Part shown: piece by piece, positions 36,127-43,942 of the stretch
How positions within the stretch are numbered: position 1 is the first letter of the stretch
Layout of the letters: every line of letters starts with the position of its first letter
Source: an uncultured Eubacteriales bacterium
GTDB lineage: Bacteria > Bacillota > Clostridia > Oscillospirales > Acutalibacteraceae
Length of the DNA: 64,000 nt
Direction: 5' to 3'
Assembly (NCBI GenBank): GCA_949068525.1
Contig: CARTIQ010000005.1
Coordinates: 292-64,291, forward strand
Notes under the pieces: generated by a model
Told to the model about the DNA's origin: nothing
Databases searched by the model: none
What the model saw: only the letters and a program-made list of their open reading frames with translations
Made by a program: the position numbers and the translations under genes

Positions 36127-37074
36127 ATGCATAATAATTTTAGGAGCATTCAAAAGAAAAAAAGGTTGCTGATTTTGGCGATTTCTTTGATGATTATCTT
36201 TAGCGCTGCGGTCATAGCAATAATTGAAGCTTTTGGGCTTCAGGTTTGGAGCGGGATATTTAAGACCTGCTCGGTTGGTGAATTTTCTGGCACGGCGAAC
36301 GATTACCCGATGAGCGTGCATGTTTTGGACGTTGGCAAGGCGGACTGCATTTTTATCACTTGCGAGGGAAAGAACATTCTGATTGATGCGGGGGAAACGA
36401 GCATTTATAAAGTTGTTAACGAGTACATGCGCAAGATGAAGGTTAAGACGATAGATCAGCTGATATTGAGTCATCAGCACAGCGACCATGTGGGAGGAAT
36501 GGGTTATGTTGTGGATGAGTTTGACGTGAAGTCCTTTATGATGCCACGATTAAAAGATGATATGATCCCAACTTTTAAGTCTTACGAGCGTCTGTTGAAG
36601 TCGCTTGACAAAAAGGGAATAAAGGCGGAGGAGCCAGAACCTGGCAGGGTTTACTACATAGGACCAATGAGGATTGAAGTTTTGTCGCCACTTTTGCAGT
36701 ATGATAACATGAACAATAACTCCGTTGTTATTAAAATTACATACAAAAATAGGAGTTTTCTTTTTACTGGAGACGCGGAGAAAAAGTCGGAGCGAGACAT
36801 GATCGCAGCGGGGTATGATCTAAAGGCGGATGTTTTGAAGGTGGGGCACCACGGAAGTAAGACATCGACTTCGCAGGCGTTTTTGAATAAGGTTGCGCCG
36901 ACTTATGCTGTGATTTCGGTTGGAGAGTATAAGAACAAGTTGCCTAAGAAGGAGATTCTAGATAGGTTGGAGAAGAATAATATAAAGGTTTATCGTACGG
37001 ATTGGCTTGGTACAGTGATTTTTGCGACAAATGGAGAAGACTTAAAGGTCTTTTGCGAAAAGGAGAGTGCCTAG
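36127..37074 (+). CDS. membrane-anchored MBL-fold metallohydrolase (ComEC C-terminal-domain-like)
   Basis: An N-terminal TM helix is followed by motifs ILID.G, SHQHSDHVGG, GD.E and KVGHHGS.TS. Confidence 0.8.
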   Translation: MHNNFRSIQKKKRLLILAISLMIIFSAAVIAIIEAFGLQVWSGIFKTCSVGEFSGTANDYPMSVHVLDVGKADCIFITCEGKNILIDAGETSIYKVVNEYMRKMKVKTIDQLILSHQHSDHVGGMGYVVDEFDVKSFMMPRLKDDMIPTFKSYERLLKSLDKKGIKAEEPEPGRVYYIGPMRIEVLSPLLQYDNMNNNSVVIKITYKNRSFLFTGDAEKKSERDMIAAGYDLKADVLKVGHHGSKTSTSQAFLNKVAPTYAVISVGEYKNKLPKKEILDRLEKNNIKVYRTDWLGTVIFATNGEDLKVFCEKESA

Positions 37075-37077
37075 CCT

Positions 37078-37302
37078 ATGATGATGTTATCGATTGACCG
37101 TTTTGACGGTGTGTATGCGATTTGTGAAGGTGATGATGAAAAGCTGTACGCTATAGAAAAATCTGAACTGCCAAAGGGAGCAAAGCCCGGGGATGTTTTG
37201 AAACTATCTTCGGGCGGAAGTTTAACTTTGGATGAAGATGAGACAAAACGCCGAAAAGAACGGATTAAAAAGCTACAAAATAAGCTGTTTGAAGTAGAGT
37301 AG
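37078..37302 (+). CDS. DUF3006-family small protein
   Basis: The protein is 74 aa. The pattern …IDRFDG..A.CE…LP.GAK.GDVL…DE.ETKRR.E.I..L..KLF is typical of DUF3006, which commonly follows ComEC-like MBL genes. Confidence 0.7.
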   Translation: MMMLSIDRFDGVYAICEGDDEKLYAIEKSELPKGAKPGDVLKLSSGGSLTLDEDETKRRKERIKKLQNKLFEVE

Positions 37303-37332
37303 CTTGATTTTAACTATGTGAGGAGAACTAAA

Positions 37333-37920
37333 ATGAGTTTTAAAGAAGGATTTGTAGAAATATATAAGAATTTTATAAAGCGAACTGGCGCAGAGGAGCT
37401 ACTTAATTGGCTTTCGTCTACGGACTTTTTTACAGCGCCGGCGAGCACGAAATATCACTGCGCGTGCGAGGGAGGTTTAGCTCAACACAGTGTGAGCGTT
37501 TATAAAACCCTTAGAGAACGCTATTTTGACGAAGAAACTGATACAGAAGAGAGTTTTGCCGTTTGCGGGCTGCTGCATGATTTATGTAAGGCTGAGTTTT
37601 ATAAAGTCTCCACAAGAAATGTGAAGAACGAGGTAACCGGAGCATGGGAAAAGCAACCATTTTATGCGATTGACGATAGCTTTCCTTATGGTCATGGAGA
37701 AAAATCAGTGTTTTTGATAGAGCGATTCATGAGGCTAAAACCGGCCGAAGCAATGGCGATTCGTTGGCACATGGGCGGGTTTGATACATCGGCAAAAGGT
37801 GGAGACTTTTCTATTAGCTTAGCATACGAAAAATATCCACTGGCGGTAAAGCTGCATCTTGCCGACGTAGAGTCATCTTATTTGAGAGAGAGGCATACCT
37901 CCGAAGTTATAAAAAGGTGA
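37333..37920 (+). CDS. HD-domain hydrolase family protein
   Basis: The ORF runs from 37318; ATG 37333 follows GAGGAG. Motifs S.KYH…GGL..HS and GLLHDL.K give an H…HD metal-binding signature. Confidence 0.7.
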   Translation: MSFKEGFVEIYKNFIKRTGAEELLNWLSSTDFFTAPASTKYHCACEGGLAQHSVSVYKTLRERYFDEETDTEESFAVCGLLHDLCKAEFYKVSTRNVKNEVTGAWEKQPFYAIDDSFPYGHGEKSVFLIERFMRLKPAEAMAIRWHMGGFDTSAKGGDFSISLAYEKYPLAVKLHLADVESSYLRERHTSEVIKR

Positions 37921-37931
37921 AAAATATTTTC

Positions 37932-37960
37932 TTGACAAAGCATATCCACCATGTGATAAT
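37932..37960 (+). promoter_or_regulatory. consensus sigma-A promoter upstream of the first small acidic secreted-protein gene
   Basis: TTGACA (37932-37937), a 17-nt spacer, then extended -10 TGtGATAAT (-10 hexamer at 37955-37960). Confidence 0.6.
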
Positions 37961-37991
37961 GATTTGTAAATTTAGAAAGGTGTGTTAATTT

Positions 37992-38300
37992 ATGGTTAAA
38001 AAAGATTTGTTCAAAAAGACAACGCCAATAGTTTTAAACGCAATTTTAGGGTTTATAGTGTTTTCAAATGTTTGTTCTGCAAGTGCTCCGCGTCGAGACC
38101 TTAATAGGCTGCAAAGACAAACGTTTACAACTATCGTTCAATTACCAAGTCTTGAACAAACCAACACTCAACCAAATGATATATCTTCTAATAAGAAAGA
38201 TAATGATGGCGAATATATTCCTGACGAAGAGGCTTTGAAAAAAGAAGAACAAAGAGAAGAAGAAGATTTTCGACAGATGATAGAGGAAATTTTAAAATAA
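37992..38300 (+). CDS. small secreted acidic protein, paralog 1 (hypothetical)
   Basis: The protein is 102 aa. It has RBS AAAGGTG, the signal peptide MVKKDLFKKTTPIVLNAILGFIVFSNVCSASA|P, and a C-terminal acidic tract (…DEEALKKEEQREEEDF…). Confidence 0.65.
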   Translation: MVKKDLFKKTTPIVLNAILGFIVFSNVCSASAPRRDLNRLQRQTFTTIVQLPSLEQTNTQPNDISSNKKDNDGEYIPDEEALKKEEQREEEDFRQMIEEILK

Positions 38301-38376
38301 AAAAGTATATGATATAAAAATTTTTAAGGGGTTTTAAGGTAATCAAATTTTAAAATTATATATGAGGTGTAAAGTT

Positions 38377-38763
38377 ATGTTAAGAAATAAGTTGTTAAAA
38401 AAAGTTTCTTCGGCAGCTTTGGCAATGTTTTTTTTGTGCATTTCAGTAGCATCTGTTTGTTTTGCTAGTGCCCCATCCCCCAATAGACCGTCAGCTAAAA
38501 AGCAGTCTTCTTGGATGAAAGTGCCTTCGCCATCAAAGGATTATGAAGACGCGTATGATATTGCAAAAGAAGATGGAAAAAATAAAAACAATGAAGAAGA
38601 TGAGGTCGATTGGCTGGAAAATAATTCTTGTGAAGAAGAGGAAGAGGAATGGCTAGAGAATCAAGAAGGCTATTTAAAAGAAAATGAAGATGATGTTAAT
38701 AATCCTCATAACAAGGGTGACACAAATTTAAATAGACCAGATTCTAGCAACGTCGGGAATTAA
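38377..38763 (+). CDS. small secreted acidic protein, paralog 2 (hypothetical)
   Basis: The ORF runs from 38362; ATG 38377 lies 7 nt after GAGGTG. The signal peptide is MLRNKLLKKVSSAALAMFFLCISVASVCFASA|P. The mature part contains NEEDEVDWLENNSCEEEEEEWLENQEGYLKENEDD. Confidence 0.65.
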   Translation: MLRNKLLKKVSSAALAMFFLCISVASVCFASAPSPNRPSAKKQSSWMKVPSPSKDYEDAYDIAKEDGKNKNNEEDEVDWLENNSCEEEEEEWLENQEGYLKENEDDVNNPHNKGDTNLNRPDSSNVGN

Positions 38764-38936
38764 ATTGATGAGATTTTAGGGGAAAGGGAAGAAAGGTGTC
38801 TTTTCCTTTGAACAAAAAAATTTAGTTGGAAAAATATCATTTTTGGAGAAGAGAAATATAAATAGTTTTGAAATTAGAAAATTTTCAAACATTAAGATGT
38901 TATAAAATAAAAAAGTTAAGAGGTTGTTAGCAAATT

Positions 38937-39338
38937 ATGCAAAGAAAATTTATTTCGGTAATTTTGGCAATATTTTTTTGCCACGTAGGATCAAATAGTT
39001 GTTTGGCTAGCTTACCTTGGTGGCAGCAGTTATCAAATGTTGAATATAGTAATAATTCTGAAGAAGACACAACGTGGAAAGAAAGTGATGAGGAGGAGGA
39101 AGATACGTATTTTACTGAAGAGGAAGAAGTTAGTGACGATAATTCTACAAAGTATGAAGAAATAACCCCAAAAGATGTATCTGAAAAAACAACTGGAAGA
39201 GAGAAAACACCCCAAAACAGCAATTCATCGGTAGAAGAAAATAGAAATATAAATGGATACCTAATTGTATCAACTGATTATGCTAGTTCTGACTGCGATG
39301 ACGGACCATGGCAAAGACGTGGGTTGCATAACTCTTGA
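38937..39338 (+). CDS. small secreted acidic protein, paralog 3 (hypothetical)
   Basis: The signal peptide is MQRKFISVILAIFFCHVGSNSCLA|S. The mature part contains SEEDTTWKESDEEEEDTYFTEEEEVSDD. Confidence 0.6.
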   Translation: MQRKFISVILAIFFCHVGSNSCLASLPWWQQLSNVEYSNNSEEDTTWKESDEEEEDTYFTEEEEVSDDNSTKYEEITPKDVSEKTTGREKTPQNSNSSVEENRNINGYLIVSTDYASSDCDDGPWQRRGLHNS

Positions 39339-39375
39339 TAACAATAATACCTTTAATAATTTAATGTTTAAACTG

Positions 39376-39404
39376 TTGATTATTATTTATGCTTGTGGTA
39401 TAGT
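39376..39404 (+). promoter_or_regulatory. sigma-A-type promoter upstream of the fourth (disrupted) paralog
   Basis: TTGATT (39376-39381), a 17-nt spacer, then extended -10 TGgTATAGT (-10 hexamer at 39399-39404). RBS GAGGTGA follows, 8 nt before GTG 39427. Confidence 0.5.
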
Positions 39405-39426
39405 ATTATTAGAGGTGAGAAATTTT

Positions 39427-40049
39427 GTGATAAAAAAATTTGTTTAAGAAGCTCAGTGCAACACTTTTGGGGATATTTATTAGCTTTAGCTGTGTAGAGG
39501 CAAGTGCTTCTTTTCAAACCCCAAATATAGTTGGTTTTATTCCAGTTGGCAGAGACTAATAATCCTGGTTTTGCTTTTAACCTATCTCCTCTCCCAATAA
39601 AAGGAATGAAATTTATACAGGCCTACCAACGTCTTGTTGATCATCCTTTATTTAATTTAAGAGATTCTTTCACAAGAAGGGCTGGCTTTGAAATTGTTGA
39701 AAATAAAAACACAGAATATGGAACTGCTCGTATACATGTTTTTTCGGACAACAATCAAGCAATAAGTTTTGCAGCACAACTTAATAATTTAATGCATGAT
39801 ATCGCCAATGTCTTGGGGAGCCCTCTTGCGGAAGTGTTTGTAAATTTTAGAAGGGGACTTTTAGATAACAATGAATTTGATAGACGTATCGTGGCCTTTA
39901 ACACGAAACAAAACATGGAAAAGATGAATGAGATTAATGCAAAAATTGATAAGTTGACTAGAGCATTAAATGAAATTCCCGAAGGAAGACCAACAGAAGA
40001 AGATATTAAGGCTGGCCGTTGTGTAGATAGTGGTTTGGATGACCTTTGA
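39427..40049 (+). pseudogene. fourth signal-peptide paralog with a ~170-aa non-acidic body, interrupted by two +1 frameshifts (or homopolymer sequencing errors)
   Basis: GTG 39427 reads VIKKFV* through an A7 run (39432-39438). With A6 it would read MIKNLFKKLSATLLGIFISFSCVEASA|SFQTPNIVGF…, the family signal peptide, which stops at 39557. The 172-aa body ORF (39531-40049) is in the next frame. The body frame is closed by TAG at 39528, so the second shift must lie between 39531 and 39556. Confidence 0.55.
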
Positions 40050-40116
40050 CTTTGCATTTAGTTTTTGAGTTTTGTTAATTAGGTATATATTTATTAAAAT
40101 AAGGAGGGAATTAGAT

Positions 40117-40299
40117 ATGGCAGTGCCAAAGAGAAAGCATTCTAAAGCTAGGCGAGATAAAAGACGTTCTAACGTTTGGAAAATAGAAGCGCCAGCAATT
40201 ATTAAATGCCCACAGTGTGGAGAATTTAAATTGCCACATAGGGTTTGCAAGGCTTGTGGGTTCTATAATGGCCGCGAGATTATAAAGGTAGAAGCTTAA
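40117..40299 (+). CDS. rpmF: 50S ribosomal protein L32
   Basis: ATG 40117 follows AAGGAGGG. The sequence is MAVPKRKHSKARRDKRR…CPQCGE.KLPHRVC..CG.Y. Confidence 0.95.
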   Translation: MAVPKRKHSKARRDKRRSNVWKIEAPAIIKCPQCGEFKLPHRVCKACGFYNGREIIKVEA

Positions 40300-40314
40300 G
40301 GTTTGTCTAATATA

Positions 40315-40348
40315 AAAGAGAGGGCCGGGTTGCGACCTTCTCTTTTTT
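40315..40348 (+). terminator. intrinsic terminator after rpmF
   Basis: The stem is AAAGAGAGG(40315-40323)/CCTtCTCTTT(40336-40345) with one bulge, running into a T6 tract. It lies inside the spurious N-terminal extension of the der ORF. Confidence 0.55.
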
Positions 40349-40383
40349 GTTTAGAAGAGTTAAAAAAGGATAGGGGGAAAAGG

Positions 40384-41709
40384 ATGGCAAAACCAATTGT
40401 TGCTATTATTGGGCGCCCGAATGTTGGAAAATCTACTTTATTTAATAAGCTAGTGGGGCAGAGGGTTGCGATTGTTGAGGATGTGCCTGGTGTTACTAGA
40501 GACAGAATTTATGGTGAATGTGAGTGGAGAGGGCGGAGCTTTACTATTATTGATACAGGCGGAATTGAGCCTCATTCGGATGATATTATTTTGTCCCAGA
40601 TGAGGAACCAGGCTCAACTTGCGATGGACTCTGCAGATGTGATAATTTTGGTTGTGGATATAAAGACAGGAATTGTGGCGACGGACTATGAGATTGCTAC
40701 CATGTTGCAAAAGAGCGGACGTCCTGTTATTTTGTGTGTAAACAAATGCGATAAAGTTGGTGCACCTGATGCTGATTTTTATGAATTCTATAATTTAGGG
40801 CTGGGGGAACCAATAATGGTTTCCTCTGTGCATGGCCATGGTACGGGAGATTTGCTGGATGAAGTTTTGAAAAATCTGCCTGACTCTACTAGCTTTGATA
40901 CAGAGGCAGATTCAATTATAAATGTAGCGGTCATTGGCAAACCAAATGTAGGCAAGTCATCGCTTATAAATAAGATAACTGGTGAAGATCGCTGCATTGT
41001 TTCTGAAATTGCGGGTACGACGCGCGACTCTATTGACACTTTTATAAAAAATAATTTTGGAAATTTTAATTTTGTGGACACAGCCGGGATTCGTCGGCAA
41101 AGCAAGGTTACAGACGCGGTCGAAAAATATAGTATTATCCGGGCTAAGATGGCAGTTGAGCGTAGCGACGTCTGTGTTATTATGATAGATGCCACTGAGG
41201 GATTCACTGAGCAAGACTCAAAGGTGGCAGGACTTGCGGTTAATGCCGGGAAAGCGTGTATTGTTGCCGTTAATAAATGGGACGCGGTTGAAAAGACGGA
41301 TAAGACTTTTACGAGCTATAAAAAAAGGCTTGAGAATGATTTTTCGTTTATACATTATGCACCGATCTTATTTATATCGGTAAAAACGGGGCAACGAATA
41401 GAAAAATTATTTGAGATTATAACGCAGGTTTTCAAGTCGAGTGTTACGCGGATCTCAACTGGGGTGCTAAATGAAGTTTTGGCAGAAGCTGCCCTTAGAG
41501 TTCAGCCACCAACGGACAAAGGCAAACGCCTAAAGATTTTTTTTGTAACGCAAGTTTCTCTGCAACCTCCTACATTCGTATTTTTTGTAAATTCTGCAAA
41601 ACTTTTTCACTTTTCATATCAGAGGTATCTCGAGAATAAATTTAGAGAGACGTTCTCTTTACAAGGGACTCCAATAAGGTTTATAATAAGAGAGAAAGAA
41701 GATCGCTAG
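40384..41709 (+). CDS. der: ribosome biogenesis GTPase Der (EngA), tandem GTPase domains plus KH-like domain
   Basis: ATG 40384 starts MAKPIVAIIGRPNVGKSTLFN. The second G domain has GKPNVGKSSLIN. DTGG/DTAG and NK.D motifs appear twice. Confidence 0.95.
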   Translation: MAKPIVAIIGRPNVGKSTLFNKLVGQRVAIVEDVPGVTRDRIYGECEWRGRSFTIIDTGGIEPHSDDIILSQMRNQAQLAMDSADVIILVVDIKTGIVATDYEIATMLQKSGRPVILCVNKCDKVGAPDADFYEFYNLGLGEPIMVSSVHGHGTGDLLDEVLKNLPDSTSFDTEADSIINVAVIGKPNVGKSSLINKITGEDRCIVSEIAGTTRDSIDTFIKNNFGNFNFVDTAGIRRQSKVTDAVEKYSIIRAKMAVERSDVCVIMIDATEGFTEQDSKVAGLAVNAGKACIVAVNKWDAVEKTDKTFTSYKKRLENDFSFIHYAPILFISVKTGQRIEKLFEIITQVFKSSVTRISTGVLNEVLAEAALRVQPPTDKGKRLKIFFVTQVSLQPPTFVFFVNSAKLFHFSYQRYLENKFRETFSLQGTPIRFIIREKEDR

Positions 41710-41737
41710 TTTTTATATGCGCATTAGGAGTGATTTT

Positions 41738-42454
41738 TTGGAAGTTCAGGCAATTAATTTTTTTAAGTTTTATTGGTTTCAAATGGTTCTTGTGGCGGTT
41801 ATAGGCTATTTGATTGGCAGCGTCAGTTTTTCTATTTTGTTTACAAGGCAATTTAAAAATAAGGAAGATATTAGAAATCTTGGGAGCGGAAATGCTGGTT
41901 TTACAAATGTGCTGCGCTCGGTTGGTTTTTGGCCAGCTTTTTTGACTATGTTGGGAGACTTTAGTAAGGGAATTATTGCTTGCTTGTTTGGCAAAATGAT
42001 TTTTTCGCAGATTAATTTAGCCGGAGTGCCGACGTTTTGCATTGTCCAGTATGGAATTTATATCGCTGGAGTTGCATGTTTGGCGGGGCATGTTTACCCA
42101 TGCTTTTTTGAGCTTAGAGGAGGCAAGGCTGTTTTAACGGCATTCTCAATGCTGATTATGACGGACTGGCAGGTTGCGGCTCTTTCTTTTGCTGTTTTTT
42201 TGATTATAGTTTTTACCACACGATTAGTATCCTTGGGTTCAATATTGGCGGCCGTTGCATACCCTGTTTTTACTTTTTGCATCACATATTTTTGCGACTA
42301 CCTCGGCGATCGCCGCCCAGCGACATTTGGATATACTGTGGTAGTCACAACTGCGGCGGTTTTAATAAGTGTTTTTGTGATTTATAAACACAAAAAGAAT
42401 CTAACAAGGCTTCTAAACGGAGAAGAAAAAAAGTTAACTGTAGCAACAAAATAA
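41738..42454 (+). CDS. plsY: glycerol-3-phosphate acyltransferase PlsY
   Basis: The ORF runs from 41717; TTG 41738 lies 7 nt after AGGAG, and ATG 41783 is also possible. Motifs present: IGYLIGS.SFSI, GSGN.G.TNV.R, KG and GH.YP.F…GGK. Confidence 0.88.
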   Translation: MEVQAINFFKFYWFQMVLVAVIGYLIGSVSFSILFTRQFKNKEDIRNLGSGNAGFTNVLRSVGFWPAFLTMLGDFSKGIIACLFGKMIFSQINLAGVPTFCIVQYGIYIAGVACLAGHVYPCFFELRGGKAVLTAFSMLIMTDWQVAALSFAVFLIIVFTTRLVSLGSILAAVAYPVFTFCITYFCDYLGDRRPATFGYTVVVTTAAVLISVFVIYKHKKNLTRLLNGEEKKLTVATK

Positions 42455-42464
42455 AATTGAATAT

Positions 42465-42520
42465 AAAAAAATAAACCTGCAGAAATACTAAAATAATAGT
42501 ATAAATACAGGTTTTTAATT
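42465..42520. terminator. bidirectional terminator-like hairpin between convergent plsY and the GG-leader peptide gene
   Basis: The stem is AAACCTG(42473-42479)/CAGGTTT(42508-42514). It is flanked by an A-run upstream and TTTTTAATTTT downstream. The loop is long and has some internal pairing. Confidence 0.45.
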
Positions 42521-42533
42521 TTATCAAAAAATT

Positions 42534-42764
42534 TTAATTAATAAGGTTTTGCTTTAGCTGTTCACTCATCCCGTATACATTGCCTCCAGAGGCAGCATCT
42601 AGTTCATCGGAGCTTAACTCCAGACCGTCCGATATTTTTTTAAACAGACGATCTAACTCTTCTTTTGCTAAATTTAAGCCATTGCTTTTGGCTAAAGAAG
42701 AAAGCTCTGGTTTGGTTTTGCAGTCTTTGGCAAAGTTTAAAAATTCTTTTATAGTCATAGCCAT
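42534..42764 (-). CDS. Nif11-like / double-glycine leader peptide precursor (76 aa; 15-aa predicted core)
   Basis: The sequence is MAMTIKEFLNFAKDCKTKPELSSLAKSNGLNLAKEELDRLFKKISDGLELSSDELDAASGG|NVYGMSEQLKQNLIN. Leader features (N-terminal …KEFL.…A…, then ELS.DEL.AASGG) resemble TIGR03798/Nif11-type precursors. A weak RBS AGGA sits 7 nt upstream. Confidence 0.6.
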   Translation of the reverse strand: MAMTIKEFLNFAKDCKTKPELSSLAKSNGLNLAKEELDRLFKKISDGLELSSDELDAASGGNVYGMSEQLKQNLIN

Positions 42765-42844
42765 AAAATCATCCTAAATTAAAAATTTATTTAAAATTCA
42801 ACGAACCTCAAATTCTAAAACAAACCCTATTCAAAAACAAAAAC

Positions 42845-43033
42845 TTAGACAGCTCTGGTAACCTTGCCGGACCTCAAACAACGGGTACAAGCATAAACAC
42901 GCTTAGGCGTTCCATTAACAAGAGCTTTAACGCGCCGAACATTTGGCTTGAAAGCCCGGTTAGAGCGACGATGAGAGTGAGAAACATTTATTCCAAAAGC
43001 GATACTTTTACCGCAAACATCACACATAGCCAT
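42845..43033 (-). CDS. rpmB: 50S ribosomal protein L28
   Basis: The sequence is MAMCDVCGK….G..VSHS.RR..R.F.PN…V…NG..KR..VCT.CL.SGKV. Confidence 0.93.
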   Translation of the reverse strand: MAMCDVCGKSIAFGINVSHSHRRSNRAFKPNVRRVKALVNGTPKRVYACTRCLRSGKVTRAV

Positions 43034-43222
43034 AAAAATTGCACCTCCTTAAGCAGCACAAAAATACACTTAATAATATTAACAGAGATTTGCAAAAAAA
43101 TCAAGCCCCTTCTTCATTTTGGTTTAATAGTTAATATGGTTGAATTTTTGACAAAGTAAATCTGTTAAAGTTATAATTAAATAAGTTGTAAATTTAAAGC
43201 AAAACTGAGAGAGTGATTATAA

Positions 43223-43936
43223 ATGTGGTTTTTGCAAGAAGGAATGACGCTAGGACAAGCGCTGGTAGTGATATTTGCACTGCTTTTGACGATTTTTATA
43301 GTCTTACCAATACATGAATGGGCACACGGCTTTCTGGCATATAAGTTAGGGGATAATACTGCAAAAAATAGTGGTAGACTAACATTAAATCCGTTAAAAC
43401 ATATTGATCCTCTTGGGGCATCGGCGCTGCTTCTTTTTAAATTTGGCTGGGCAAGGCCTGTGCCAGTGAACCCAAGAAATTTTAAAAGGCCAAAGCTCGG
43501 TATGGCGCTAACAGCGCTAGCAGGGCCACTTTCGAACTTAATTGTAGCTCTGATTGCACTTCTACTTGCAACTATAGCATATGCTTTTGGAGGGAATATT
43601 TTAAACTTAATGGGGGAAGAGGAATCTAACTTTTTTGTTATGCCGTTTTTTGGATTTATATATTTTATGTTCTTAATTTATAACGTTAATTTGGGCTTAG
43701 CGGTTTTTAACTTAATTCCGCTTCCGCCACTTGATGGGTCAAAGATTTTAGAGGCTTTTTTGCCAGACAAATTTTTAAATAAATATTATCAATACGAAGG
43801 TTACATATCAATTATCGTTTTTGCATTGCTGTTTACGGGCATGCTATCTAGCCCTGTGGCCTTTTTTGAAAAAATAATCCATAATATTACAATGGCCCCA
43901 CTTACGCATTTGTTTCAATTTTTGGGCAAAGGGTAA
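43223..43936 (+). CDS. site-2 protease family (M50) membrane metalloprotease
   Basis: The protein is polytopic with the HExxH motif HEWAHG. Downstream motifs NL.PL.PLDGSKIL and LNP.KHIDP.G are present. Confidence 0.85.
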   Translation: MWFLQEGMTLGQALVVIFALLLTIFIVLPIHEWAHGFLAYKLGDNTAKNSGRLTLNPLKHIDPLGASALLLFKFGWARPVPVNPRNFKRPKLGMALTALAGPLSNLIVALIALLLATIAYAFGGNILNLMGEEESNFFVMPFFGFIYFMFLIYNVNLGLAVFNLIPLPPLDGSKILEAFLPDKFLNKYYQYEGYISIIVFALLFTGMLSSPVAFFEKIIHNITMAPLTHLFQFLGKG

Positions 43937-43942
43937 GCAAGT

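Noticed and set aside
40303-40383. An N-terminal extension of the der ORF (MSNIKERAGLRPSLFCLEEL…).
   Set aside because: It covers the rpmF terminator hairpin. ATG 40384 gives the canonical Der N-terminus M.KPIVAIIGRPNVGKST.
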